Below, piece after piece: positions 21,239 through 34,536 of a DNA stretch of 64,000 nucleotides (position 1 is the first letter of the stretch; every line of letters starts with the position of its first letter). This DNA comes from Puccinia triticina (taxonomy: Eukaryota). The position numbers and the translations under genes are program-made. The stretch spans positions 2,418,001-2,482,000 of the forward strand of contig CP110440.1 in assembly GCA_026914245.1 (NCBI GenBank), read 5' to 3'. Under the pieces are notes generated by a model. The model did not search any database. It was not told where the DNA came from and saw only the letters and a program-made list of their open reading frames with translations.

Positions 21239-23791
21239 ATGTCGGTACTCGACTGGAACGAAGCACAGGTCAACCAGTTCTTCATCTCACTCGGACTCAA
21301 CAGATTCGAACCAGCAATCAGAGGTAAGCACACACAGCCAGCCAGCCACACCCGAAAACATACTAACGAAAGAAACAACAGAACATGCACTCACGGGGGA
21401 TGTGCTCATCCATCTCGACAACGAACTGCTCAAGGACATCGGCATCCAGTCAGTCGGCAAGCGGCTAACGATCCTCAAGGCGATCTACAAGCTCAAGCTC
21501 AAGGAGGACATCCCGATCGAAGACGGCCACTGGACCCCACCCCTCGGCGACCTCGAGCAGGAGCACTCCGAGCCCGACACCCACTCCGACGCATCCCCCA
21601 TCCTCGCCACCCCCCCAGCCAACCCACACCCCCCAGCCCGCCAGCGAGACTCCATCAGCCAGCTCATCCTGCTCAGAGACCAGCGCATCAAGAACCTCGA
21701 GTCCGACGTCCGCTCTATCAAGCAGGAACTCCACTCCCTCTCCGCCCGCTTCCTCTCCCTCGCCTCCACCCCCAACTCGCCCTCCGCTGCAATCCTCGAG
21801 CCCATCCCCCGCACAGGCCCCACACGGGCTCAAGACAGGCACATGCGAGAGGAATCCATCTGCCAGCTCGATATCCACGACCCCTCCCCCGTCTCCCCCG
21901 CCCCCTCCCACACCAACCGTAAGCGCCGTCTTCTTTCCCGTCTTCAAGCAAACAACCAGCTGACTCATGAACCTACAGCTACCATACCTTCTTCCCATGA
22001 AGACCCAAAACCCTCCCAGCCCCCATCCCCCGCCCTCTCATCCACAACCAACCCGAGCCAAGAAATCCTATACACCCAGCCCTTCAACCAAGACCAGTCG
22101 CCGACAAAGGAAGTGCTGAAGATCTCAACGACCCCCAAGCCCGCAGAACGGCCGGCGACGAAGAGCGAGAAACAGACGCTAAATCTGAACAGCGTCAACA
22201 GCAACAACACCAACAGCCTTAAGGAGAAGGAAGAAAGCTCGAAAGCCCGGGAGGCCTCGAATCCGTACAAAAGCTTCAGGGTCACGCTCGAAGATCCATG
22301 CTACAAGGTGCTGCCCGCCGCGCTGAAAAAATACAAGATCAACGAACACTACAAGAACTATGTCCTGTTTATCTGTTACGGCAAGCAGGAGCGATGTCTG
22401 AGCTACGAGGAGAAGCCGCTACTCCTCTTCCAGAAGCTGAAGGAAGCCAACCAGAACCCTGTCTTCACCCTGCGCCACATCAAGGACATCGAGTCCCCCG
22501 TCTGTCTCGCCCTGGCCAAGCAGGCCCAGCGCAGGGAAAAGAAGCTCGCCAGCGCCGCCCTCAAGCTTGCTGAGCCCACCACCTCCTCCTCTACCCAACA
22601 GTCGAAGAAATCACCCCCGAACACCGGCCGCGTCGAGAAGGCCTCCGGCTTCTGCATCGCTATCTATCCGTACATGTCTGAATGCGAAGACGACCTGGAT
22701 GTCGGAGTGGGCGACACGTTCATCATCGTCGGCAAGGTAATAAAAAAAATTACCCCAAAAGTCCTGAGAAACCGTCAGCGGAGCACTGACCAGTTTCCTT
22801 TTTTTTAGTCCAAAGGATGGTGGGTAGTGAACCGAGACAAGGGCACGGAGACGGAGCTGGACGAGGGGCAGCAGGGCTGGATCCCGTCGGGATGTCTGCT
22901 GGAGACCCGCAAATCCTTCTCGATGGGCCCGTCGGGAAAAGCGGACTACACGACGCCGATCCGGCCCGAGGACATCCTGTCGGTGTCCAGCTCGTGCTAC
23001 GGCCTGATGGACTACAAGTCCAAGGGCGTCGACGAGCTGGGCTTCGAGATCAAGGACCGACTGAAAGTCTACAAAAAGTATGCCCCTTCCCTTCTTTTTC
23101 ACTGCACAAGCCAATGGACTGATGGGGATGGGGATGTAGGTACAATAATTGGAGCTATGCCATCAACGAGTCCAAGCCGGAGAAGCCCCGCGGATGGACC
23201 CCGTCGTGGCTCATCGGCACCCGGAAAGACAAAGACGCAGGCCCGCCCGCGTCCCCCGAGCGCCCGTCGAAGCCGTCCACCACGTCCGCCACCCCGAGCG
23301 TCGGCGGCGCGCCCTCCATGGGCCTTGTGCCCGGCTCGTCCGCCGACTCCGCGCCCACCGGGGCGGCGCCGCCCGGAGCCGGAAAGAGTCGGCCGCCCAA
23401 GCCCGCCCTCGCCTCCTCCGCCCCGCTCTTCGACCGCTACACCCACCACCCCCATCTCTCCTCCCGCTCCTCCTCATCCACCACGCTCTCCACCGTCTCC
23501 GACGCCACCACCACCTCGACAACCACCGTCACCCCCGCCACCTCCGTCTTCGCCTCCGCCTCCCACAAACTGCCCTCCCTTAACTCCTCCGCTTCCTCCT
23601 CTTCTTCCCTCGGCGACGACGGCCCTCAACCCGCTAAACTCGCCTCCGCCCCTCTCGCCCATCCCAATAACCCGCTGAGGAACTCCGTCAGGCTCAGGAA
23701 TCGCAACTCCAGGATCTCGAATGTCCATGGGCTCAAAGACCTCCGCATCGACGGCTCGAACTCCGCGGACCTTCCTCACGCCGTCACGTAA
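21239..23791 (+). CDS. ubc2: Ubc2/Ste50-family MAPK-cascade adaptor (SAM, RA and two SH3 domains)
   Basis: SAM: MSVLDWNEAQV...GDVLIHLDNELLKDIGIQSVGKRLTILKAI. Ste50-type RA: SFRVTLEDPCYKVLPAALKKYKI...ERCLSYEEKPLLLFQKLK. SH3-1: AIYPY...DLDVGVGD...GWW...GWIPS. SH3-2: LMDY...ELGF...W...GWTPS. In-frame GT-AG introns at 21324-21381, 22737-22808 and 23078-23139, probably also 21919-21978. The architecture matches Ustilago Ubc2. Confidence 0.9.
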
Positions 23792-25461
23792 CCTACCCCT
23801 TATATCTCGCTTCTTTTTGAACCCCTCGTCCTTGCTTCTCCTCCCCCCTCTTCTTTCTTTCTCTCTCTTTCACCCTGCTTTACCCTCCTTTCGAGCCCCG
23901 TCTATCGTCCCCCACCGTTCGTCATGAAAACCAAACCCGAAAAACATGCACAAAAAAACCTCTATTGATTTCCTCGCTCCTCCTGTTGTTGTTGTTCCTG
24001 ACTCGATGCACATATATATACAGACACACACACACTTAAGACTGATGTACCCACCCCCATATTTATTCATTCTTTTCTTCTCCCGCCTCCGGGATGTACC
24101 GTTCTCTGCTGCATGTACATATTCACGCCCGTTGTTTTTAGCTGCAGGGCGCTTCTTCTTCACCCCCCCTGCCCAAGAAAATATGTTGCAACGTTCGCGG
24201 GCTTGTTTTGTTTCCTTTCTCTTTCTCTCGTTGGTCGTAGTTGCTGTGTCGTGTGTTTTTGATGATGTGAATGGACTTGTTTTTTTTCATGTTACCCAAG
24301 ATCACGTCCTGTGTTGTGCTACACACTTTGGACACAGGCAAGCGCTTGAAACAGGTACCCCGTGCCCGCGTGTCGTGAGCACCCAATGTGTAAGTCCAAA
24401 GGTGCGCTCTCCGCTTCGATGATGTGGCGAATGCAACACCCACAAAATCCATGTGGGCTCCAATAGTTGAGTTGTCAAAATGGATCAAGAAGCGAGGCAG
24501 AGAAGGCTTCTCACAGGGCATCACAAATTAGCCGGGATCACTGCCAGAAAAAGTCGAGCAACTGTGCAAACAGTTGGCATCCCAGAACTCCAAGCAAGCT
24601 TGTGACACAAGCCTTTGTCAAGGCTTGCTGGTAACCAAGCTTCAATGCACAGTCTCTGTGCAGAAAAAGCTTATGTGTGTTTTAGAGGACGTTGAAATGG
24701 ACCCACTGGTCTGTGCTGGCCATTGAGAGGGTGCTGGCCGGCTAGAGAGGGGGAGATATGCACTCCTCTTGATTGGCCGGTCCTCGCCGGCCGTTGAGAG
24801 CAGGATGTGCACAGCTCCCTCAATGGCCTGCAGCTGTAGCAGCCACCCAAGCGGCTCTTGATGGCCAAATGACTGACCATCAAGGCCCTGTGTGTGTTGC
24901 TGGCCGCTACTGTCCCCTCTCCATGGCTGGGGCTACCTGGTTTCGCCCACAGGTGGGGCAGTACCCAACCACACTGTGCTTTTGCCAAAAAAACAGGCAT
25001 CCTGCTCGCCTGGCAGGTCCGGGCGGTACCCGCCAAGCAGGGCCAGACACTGGTCAACATTCTCGAGTGTGCTTGGTTGGGGCTACAACAGCAGTTCCTC
25101 AGCAGTAACTCTGAAAACAAGGCCGGAGGCCAGCAAAGCGGCGCAGGAGGGAAGAAGATTGGCTTTAGCCAATGGCAAAAGATGTCTGAAAAAAGGACCA
25201 AATAACTCACTCCAAGGGGCTTAAGTGCCTTTGTAGATAAGACGGAGTGCGGGCTCAAGCGCGCGCAAGGGATCCAGATGGTCAGGACTGATGGCTGAGT
25301 TCCTTGTAGTCTAACTAGCTTATATAGACTACATACACATAGATCAACTTGTGGGTGTGGTGATTTAAGCATAATGAACAAGAAAAGGTGTCACAAGAAT
25401 AGCAAACAGATGAAACAAGTGTCATAATATTGAAAGAAAAAAAAATGGTTGGGAGACCTGA

Positions 25462-27765
25462 GGGCCCAATTATAAACGCATATTGAAGTTTTATTGTAAT
25501 TTTTTCCAAACTTGATTGAAAACAGAATCTCTTAAGTTTTTGTGGCAAATACAGGCTCAAATATGTTTCAAAAAAGCCTGGATAAAAATTAAGAATTATA
25601 AACCCGCCACCCACCCAGCAAAATTTAGGACCACTGCTCTGCTCACCGTGCCATGGCCAGGTTGGCGACGTAATGAGATGCCCCCAACATGAGGACCAGG
25701 TGGCGCCAAGGGTCAAACCCATCTCCCAAAGGGTGTTTGATTCTCCCTTGGGATTATTTGGAAACTGATGAACCAACAATGGGACCAGAAGCCCTCCATC
25801 CAGGCATGATTTCTCCTCTGTGAGGTCTCCGGGTGCTCTGAGGGCAAGCTGAACTGTTCCTCAGCTATGTTGTACATGTGCGGTGTGAGCCGCGGGGGCA
25901 GTGGTGGACTGTCGTCAAATCAACACAGGGGCTCAGCTCGCACCCTCAAGAGTGGCACCAGAGAGCGACCAGTGGTCGCTCTGCTGGCCCCACCAACCAG
26001 TGGTCACTCTGCTGGCCCCACCAACCAGTGGTCGCTCTGCTGGCTCCGTTCGCCAAGCAAACCTCGCCACCAAACATAAGACGGAACACTTTTGTCCATT
26101 CGGCCAGACTCCAAACAAAAATAGCCCAAAATCCACAAAATCTTCTGTTTCTCTGTGTTAAACTGATCTCCGATGCGTTCAAAGGTGTTTCTCATAGAGA
26201 AGCAAAAGTTATTAGTTTTTTTCGGCATTCCGGTAAAATAAATGTTGGACTGATGAGGAGGCTTGACAAAAAAACCTAGGCCGATCCTGCGCTGTTGGCA
26301 ATGATTCCATTCAACCCATTTGACCATCCATTGCTTCCTTAAACCCCTCGAACATACCACAAAGATGAGCAGCGGATTCGATCTGAGCCGATTGGACCTT
26401 AATAATTTCAGAATGAAAAATATCTTTAATGTTTGTGTTATTGGCTTGAAGTTCCTTGATTGCTTTCTTGTCTTGTCGGGCTTGAGCATTCAACAAGGCT
26501 ATTGACGCAGCTTGATCACTGAGGAGAGTGGATTGAGCCGTGTTGTCGACTCACAAATTTGAAAGGAGAGCCGAGACATCTTCATCCTGATTTCTGCTCG
26601 GACCGGCGTGATTTCCACTTGAGTCTGCAATAGGGCAATTTCTGCTAGAACCAGCGATAGGCATGTCCACCCTGGGGATTGGCGGATTGACTCCAGGGAT
26701 TGGACAAGGCAAGAAGTTAATGAAGGAGGGCGAGTTATGATTGAAAGGGGATGGCGTGTTAAAAGAAAAAAAATGGAGTTGATTGAGGTTGAATAGGGAT
26801 TGGGTTTACTGCTGAAGAATGATTGGGAGGGGAAGGGGTGAATCTTGGAGAAACTCTGACTGGAGCTATTGGCGAAATAACTGATGATTCAGACATGCCA
26901 AATTTTTTTGTATATATGTATAATTATGTAATATTATCCTTGTTTGTTGATGATCAATATATAATTGTGAAGGCTACCCTATTATTCAGTTTGCTATAAG
27001 GTTGGCTGTGAAATTATCCAAGAGGATAATTTGACGATGCTTGAATAATAGATAAGATTTCAAATTCTATGCAAGATGCAACCAAACTTGATTCACAATG
27101 TTATATGGTTTTAACTTTCCAAGTTTACAATTTCTTTGGAAAGATGAAAATGTAGGATAATGATGATGAAGATAAAGAATATATTGATAAGGAAAAGAGA
27201 AGGAAAGGAGGGGGGGGGGAACAATCCCAAGAACAGAAAAGGGTAACAAGAAAATGACGTGCAACAACAAATGAGAGCTAAATGAAATAAGTCATAACAA
27301 TGTAGATTGGAACCGTATTCATCAACGGCATGATTAATAATCAATCATGGCCCACAATTCAATCGCCAATGCGTCATAAACCATTAGATAATCCGTTAAT
27401 TGCCGGACAAGTTGTTACACTCCGCCGACCAGTGGTTGTTCTGCTGGCTCCACCAACCAGTATTTGGAGGGCTGTTGGAGTTGTATAATATGTACACTAT
27501 GTAGCCAAGACCTGCATCACATTTGATGAATGGTAGCTGAGTTGTACTGTTGGAGTAGTGCATTACAGTGTCTGATACATGTACTGTGCGCCTGTAATCT
27601 GTTTGAATAACAAATTTTTGAAAGTTTTTGGCCCCAAATGACCTCCTTGAGGTCATTTGGGCTATTTTTGAATCTGTACATAAAATAAATCCAGACAAAA
27701 AAAGTTTTGAATGGATTTGGATTTTTTTTTCAATAAAATTCCAATAAGTGTTTAGAATTGGGCCC
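25462..27765. mobile_element. PIF/Harbinger non-autonomous element
   Basis: TIR GGGCCCAATT(A/C)TAAAC and 3-bp TSD TGA. Its ends are homologous to the element at 35474-36493. Contains a 28-bp tandem repeat (25968-26046) and degenerate coding sequence. Confidence 0.75.
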
Positions 27766-28731
27766 TGAAACAAGTGAAATTCCAACAGTAACCCACATTT
27801 CAACTGCTGGAAGTTGAGAAAATTTTTGTTGTAGTGGATGTAGGGATTTCTGATTATATGGAAAATTTGGCGGCATCTTTTGTGGTTCTGGAGCTATGGC
27901 AAAATTAATTGGGAAATGAATTTTTGGACGCTCCTCTTAGTCCCAAATGACCACAATTCCAAAGGTGGAGGTGCTTTGTGCCTCCACCAGAGGGACTTTG
28001 GTGTGGAAATTTACCTTGGAGACACAGAGTTGCAGGGGAGGAGAACAGTCTTGAGGGGGCTCAAGATTGGATCAAGGAGCTTGAAGATGGCTTGGGTTTG
28101 GGATGATCATACTTGATAATTTCATTTCTTTGGTGAAACATGCCAGATTAAGTAGAATACTGCAAGAGGGGTTATCAATGTGAGAATTCACGCCTGGGTG
28201 AACAGTATCAATGGTGGGCTGATGTATTTTGTTACAAGTTTTTTGCCTAAACACGTAACACAGCTGTTATTCAAAAGCAACAAATGTTATTTTATCAAAA
28301 ATATCTCAATTTTTTGATACTTGACAAGGATTCAAATCATGAATTCCAACCTTCTCCAGGCTATGGTGTATCCAACCCCTTCCATCCGTCTATGTTTCAG
28401 GGACAGGAATTTTTTTTCATACAAAGTTTGGCAGATGAAACAAATGTGGATACAATGTGGGTGCAGAATTGGAGAGTGTATGTAGATTGCTTCACGATTT
28501 ATTTTTTGCTCAGAGGCAGTAAAATTGTCTCATGGACAGGAATAAGAATCAAAATAAATTGAAATCAATACTGAAGTTGAAGTAAGTACATAAAATCATA
28601 CCCAAAGACCTATTGTTTTTTGGACCAAGAGTGGCTGCTCAGATATAAAATCCCTGCTCTTTGAAGGCTCTCACAACACCCCCTTTCATCCTCTTCATCA
28701 TCTGCCCCAATTGAAACGGAATCAATTATCT

Positions 28732-30357
28732 ATGAATTACATCTTGCTCCTAACCATGTTATTTACAAGGATTCTAGTTAGCATTCCACTTTTAAATTAT
28801 TATAGTGTTTCAGCGCACTCAATTTCACGCTCAGATTCTCTGGCAAAGAGGAGCCTTGTTGGTGATCCAATTTTTCTTTATAGTGGCCGCCAAATCTTGA
28901 GAGGAAAGAGAAAACCTGAGTTTGATAGTATGCCATCAATTTAGTTGATGTGGTCTTTCTGTCAGATTACACACTTATGATGTTTTTTTCATAATCATTA
29001 ATGCTACTCAACCAATATTCAGATTCTATACATGTCAACAAGAAGAAAAATCCAGGATGTATGTCATATCTTCTCATTTTCAATTTCTTACAAATGGCTG
29101 ATTTGGGAACATCAAATTTTCCCTCACGGTGATGAATTTTTAGCTCCCTCAACAGTTCAATATGAAAATCAAGCTGGTTAGTTATATATTTATATTTATC
29201 TGATTCAATCACCTTTAAATGCAATAATAAAAATGACTCTTTGTTCCTGACCATTCAAAACCAATGAATCAGTCAACCCCATCCCCTCATGTGACCCTTT
29301 TAGTAAGTGGTTCTTTACACCCAACTTACATGTGCATGTTCTGATTCTCATTTTTCAACCTCAGCAAATGCAGACCAGATCAACAAAGAGATGGAACCCA
29401 AGAAGTCCACTTTTTGGGAAGAGTACCACAATCCAAGGGAATTCTTGAATGATTCTGAAAAAAAATGTTTTCTGTAATTGTGGAAAAGGAGTGTGGAATT
29501 AATGGAGATTCACCTGAAGATAAACGTGTCAGATTTATTTATTTTTTGGCAACTTTAGATGATTACAAAAAGGGAAAAATTTGGCAATTTGTGCAGAAGC
29601 ATGATGATACTCTTCATTCATTATCACCTGAGCTTGTTTTTTCAGGTGACTCAAATTTGACAGAACACCTTCAAGGTTTTCATGGTAAGTGCTGTTGAAA
29701 TCTTTCCATCCCATCATACAATTATCAAATACAAATTTTATGTGCTGATCTTGCATCTGAATAATGCAAAAATAAAAAGACATGATGAAAGGAAACCCCT
29801 TTGTGAAATATGTTTCAATGATCAAATCTGATTGGAGGGAATTTAGAAAAATTGCCATAGTTTTGGATAATTATGAATGGAAACTTCTCAATGAATACCA
29901 TGAAAATATGAAAGAAGCTGGGAAAAATTGGAATACAGAATCAATCAAAGGATCCTTCCAAAAACTTTCTGCTTTACATGCAATTTTGAATGATTCCAAA
30001 AGAGAACAATACTGGAAGATAGAAGAGAAAGGAGCTTTGATATCATTTGAGGAGGAGGACAAGGCAATATACTTTACTCCTTACCTGAAGAAACTAACTG
30101 GAATCAAACAAAAAGCCTTCAGCTTGACTATGGCTAAAATTTCCCCGGAATTGTTCAGTCACAAGACCATTTTCAGTGAAGCTTTTTGTAAACACATTTT
30201 CTACTTGCTTTCAGTTGCAACCAAGGAGGAAGAAAAAAGAATTTGGAAATGTATGAAAATTTTGATCAAGACCTGGTTCCATCATCATGGAAGAACTACA
30301 TCAAAAATGTTCAATTTTTTTCATGAGCTCATTGATAATGTAATTATAGCTGGATAA
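28732..30357 (+). pseudogene. Multi-exon putative secreted protein (rust effector-like), possibly decayed
   Basis: TATA at ~28644, a hydrophobic N-terminus (MNYILLLTMLFTRILVSIPLL..AKR), several GT..AG introns and a long last exon (29782-30357). I could not build a stop-free model through exon 2. Confidence 0.45.
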
Positions 30358-30886
30358 ATGCCTTTTTTGCTTGTGCTACATCCTCATTTTTGCCGTGTCT
30401 GGTGTAAAATTCACCACTCATAAACTCAACTTAAAGTTTCCATTGATTGGATGGTTCTCTCTTGGATATTCTTCTAAATTCTGGTTTGGTTTCTCTTGGA
30501 TTTCTCAGAATAAATTGCATTTCTTCTCCTTGGTGAGCGCTGCACAAACAGGGCTACATGTTAATAGGCTGCAATTGATGGTGGCATGAATATCATATGC
30601 AAATGATCTGGTTGAAGTGGCTCTATATAGACTTCTGAGTGTGTACAGCATTAAACAAGCTACAAACTAAAAGCTGTAGAGATGTTTTCTTCTAGCTTCT
30701 ATGTGTGTGTATGTAATGACAGACAACCAGCTTCTGTGTTTACAAGGCAGGGTAGAAGGAGAGAGAAGGGTTGAGGCTACAAAGAGACTGGTTGATTTTT
30801 TCTTCTTTTTATAACAGCTGATTTATGCAGGCCTTGCAATAAATTTGTTGGTTTTTTTTGCCCCTGGTTGAAGTAGCTTACCTTGG

Positions 30887-32197
30887 ATGACGTCAAATTT
30901 CCCACCTGACCCCCGCCGAAGCAGGCTGAAGCAGGCCCGGCCCTCGAGTCGAAACATGAACTTCTCCAGGTCCATCGGTCATCTCATCAAGCGAACCCAA
31001 GGGCTGCCAGGCCATCCAACTCTGACACGTAACGGCTATAGTCGAATCGACTGTCGTCCGTTCCATTCGATCAGCACAAGCGCCGGCCCAAGAGCGCCAA
31101 TACGAACGCTGGAAGAAAGCATATCATTAGTTACGAAAAGAAACATGTCGAGCGGAGCTGATGACCAACCGATCAGTTTTCCAGTCACGCCCTATCCCAA
31201 ATCGCACCCGGAGCGGAAAATCCGGACGGCAGCCTGCGTGATCATTGGGGACGAGATCTTGAGCGGGAAGACGCTAGACACAAATTCAAATCATTTTGCG
31301 GCGCTGTCCTTCAAGCTGGGCGTCCATCTAAAGAGAATCGAGGTCGTGCCGGACGAGGAAGACGTCATCATCAGTTGCATCAGACGGCTATGTGAACCCG
31401 AAGATCAGTTCGATATGATTATTACCAGCGGTGGCATCGGTCCTACTCATGGTTTGTACTGTCTTGCCCACATCAGGGATTACAAGAGGCCATTTTTTCT
31501 GACACTTCTTATGCTTTACTTCTAATTGCTCAACAGATGATATTACATATCAATCACTAGCCAAAGTGTTCGATCCGAAGGGAGAGTTGGAATACGATCA
31601 AGAGACGATAAGACGGATGGATGAATACAACAGTCGAAGAGCGAGCACGGTGACTAAGACCGAAGAGCAAAGAATTGCTCGTCATCGAATGGCCCTGTTT
31701 CCAAAAAACTACTCCAAAGTCTTGTTCGTCGAGCCCCATCTTTGGGTCCCTGTCGTCTGTCTAAGGGAGAAAATATACATCTTTCCCGGTGTTCCAAGTC
31801 TATTCCAACAGCTCGTGCAGGCTCTGATGTGCCATTACATCTCTCTTCCTCCGGAAACTGATAAACCGCGTTAGTTGGTCAATTTCTTCATATCGTCTCT
31901 TTCCGATGTCTAAACAAATTCTTTTTCGTTGGTTCTCCAGATCGAGTGATGGTCCAGACGAGACTGCCTGAATCAATCATCGCGCCCCTCTTGACCCGGT
32001 TCTCGAACCAATTCAAGGAAGAAAAACTTGATATCAAGCTCGGATCCTACCCAAACCTAATCACCGGAATCGTCAGCATCTCTTTGATCGGGATCGACCT
32101 CGAGAGACTCAACTCGTTTGCTCAGCTTATTCAACTTGAATTTGACAAGCTTTCTCATCAATCCAATCTCAGTAGTAATAACGATAACAAGTTGTAG
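30887..32197 (+). CDS. Molybdopterin-binding (MoCF/CinA-like) domain protein, FAD diphosphatase-like
   Basis: Motifs IIGDEILSGKTLDTNS, EVVPDEED, ITSGGIGPTH|DDITY, IFPGVP and GSYP. Introns 31452-31536 and 31870-31940 splice in frame. Resembles yeast Fpy1 and the FLAD1 N-terminal domain. The start could be 30956. Confidence 0.88.
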
Positions 32198-33648
32198 TGT
32201 TCTTTTTGTCTAATGAAATTGTATCGTTATGTTATCAACATCTGCTGATTTCTGCAGCAAGTGATCTACTTTGTACATAACTCTAATATTCACCTGTTTG
32301 TACTGTGAAACATTCTTATCATGATGTGCAATCCCCCGGCTCCATCTCCTCTACCTTCCTCATCAACATTGCAGACTGGAGACTCCAAATTAACCTGAGC
32401 CAGACCATACCGCCTATACCCAGCCGCGTCACAACAATGGATCAAGCATACCCTGCAACGAAACTGAAGCTGCAGCTACTCCAAGTATTAACTCCCCACT
32501 CTGACCATCCCTTTGCCCAACCCAGGCACCACGCATACCCTGGTCTTTCCCCTCACACGCCTCTACTGACAATTCTTGTCGGAAATGCTCTCCCCCACAA
32601 AACACAAATCCTACTAATCTTGAACGTCCCTTTCCCTTTGATGCTTGACTGACTGGGCAACAAAGGTTTCTCTTTGACAGGTCTGTTATTCTATGATTTA
32701 ATGCTTAGTGACGATGAATGCTTTCAATCCCAATATTCCCTCTTTCCTCTTTCCTCACAGGCTTCCTACAACAATACATGAGTTGTGAATAAGTGCTGAT
32801 TTATTTTCGCAAACATTTGGTATCCCAAATAGTCAAACACTGATACAAAAATGTGGCATTTTCCTCCTGGATCTGGCTTGCTTTACAAGAAGCTCTTACA
32901 GGCTGCAGCCAAAGTAACTTTTTGATGTTGAAGACGCCAGCCATAATCTGTAATGAGCCACTGGAATACACACTTTGGCCTCATTTTTCACTAGTGCAGC
33001 AACAAAGCTTCCTTGGCCTCTGACCTGCAGCTAAACCACAGACTTGCAAGGACCATGGGTTGATGTGACATCCAAAACCAAGCCATATTTTACTGGTGTG
33101 TTTTGTGGCAGGAAGATATTTTGGTCAGTTATCTGGGTAATTTGAAGTTGGTATCACTTTTTTTTCAACATAGCTTGAGCTGTCTCAGCATAGTTTCAAG
33201 CTTTTTTGATACAAGATTCCAGAAGAAATCCAGCCAAGTCCTAAAAAAGACATCTACAATGACCCTTGCATGGGAGTGCCTAGAAAACTCTCTTGGTGTA
33301 ACCAAATCAGCAAGGATGAATGAAATTGAGTCCCTGCAGTCAAGACACAAAAGAAAAATCTGAAGAGAAACCCTCAATAAACTTGAAGGCCATCTCAAGA
33401 AATGGGGTGACTATGTACAAATGGTAAGGGCTTTTTTAAGTTGTATTTTATGAAGGATTGGATGAAAGATGACTGGTAGTTGTGTGGACTTCTATGTCAA
33501 AAAAGTATGGCTGCGTAGGAGGTGGAAAACTGTGATAGCTGATGCTTGGAAGTTTCTTGCTAAGGGTTGTTCACCATAACACTGGTGTAAGAAGTATTTT
33601 AAATTTATCAAAAATTGACTCGAGCTCTGGAGAATCCAACTAGAGAAC

Positions 33649-34536
33649 TTACAATTTTATAAACAGCACTATTGCACTTAACCAGAGAAGTGCGCTCATG
33701 GCAAAGAAAATATTGCGGACCCTTATCTGGTGCCCTCTGGTTGCCTCTTCTTGCACCCGAAATTGTGATACCCATTGCAATACCCGACGAGGAGAATCAA
33801 ATCCGGCTTCATATAATTCCATTTTGTCAAGACAATCAGCCGCTTGACACCTTGGACAACTAGCTCTTGGGGCTCCCCCAACGCATGTGCAACGTAAATG
33901 TTTGCATATTCTAAGCTCGTTGACGGGAAATGGAAGTTCTTTTAGGCACAATGCACACTTGTTGTACTTTCTTTGAGGAGCAATGTCAATGTTTAGGGCT
34001 TCGCGAGTAGATGTTGCGGGATCAGTGGGTGAAGGACTGGGAATTTCTGGATCTTTCCTGCTCAAATATAGCTTGGCCTTCTCACCTCCCTAGATAACAA
34101 AAAGTATTTAAGCTTTTAGAAAGCATAAGATTTAAGGCACAATCTTTGAAAAAAATTCACTCACAATGTAGGGGGTTTCTTGAGGCAAAAGTACGCTGAC
34201 TTCATCTGGGTCTTGATGAAAATGTACATCTGGGTAGGTTTCAATTTTATTGGAGTAATTGGGGATCTCTACGGCGTGTTCCGAGCATGAATTGTGCCCA
34301 AATCCTGCTGGCAATTCCATTTGTATACTGTGCCCAACAAGCTGAACATTCATGAATCATGAATGGTAAGATTTGAGAATTATCATTCCGTGCCATGATT
34401 AAAGAGAGATTGTCTAACCAATAGCCATAATAACCACGCAACCATACCAGCTAATTTGACGGAGGTTTATTATTAAGGACTAATAAGTTCTAGAAAGGTT
34501 TAAGAGAGCTTAGATCCTGGTCAAAAATACTAGCAT
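33649..34536 (-). CDS. Signal peptide + degenerate RING-like Cys/His cluster + C-terminal TM protein
   Basis: Microexons ML | LVWFAWLLWLL | LVGHSIQ...ETPYI | GGEKAK... join in phase 0 through GT-AG introns. Cluster CALC-x13-CKH-x2-C-x-C-x8-CPRC. C-terminal IFFAMSALLWLSAIVLFIKL. Confidence 0.7.

Noticed and set aside
22827..23678. Pro/Arg-rich ORFs overlapping the ubc2 3' end
   Set aside because: These are intron read-through and alternative frames of a GC-rich exon. The spliced frame completes SH3-2 and ends at 23791.
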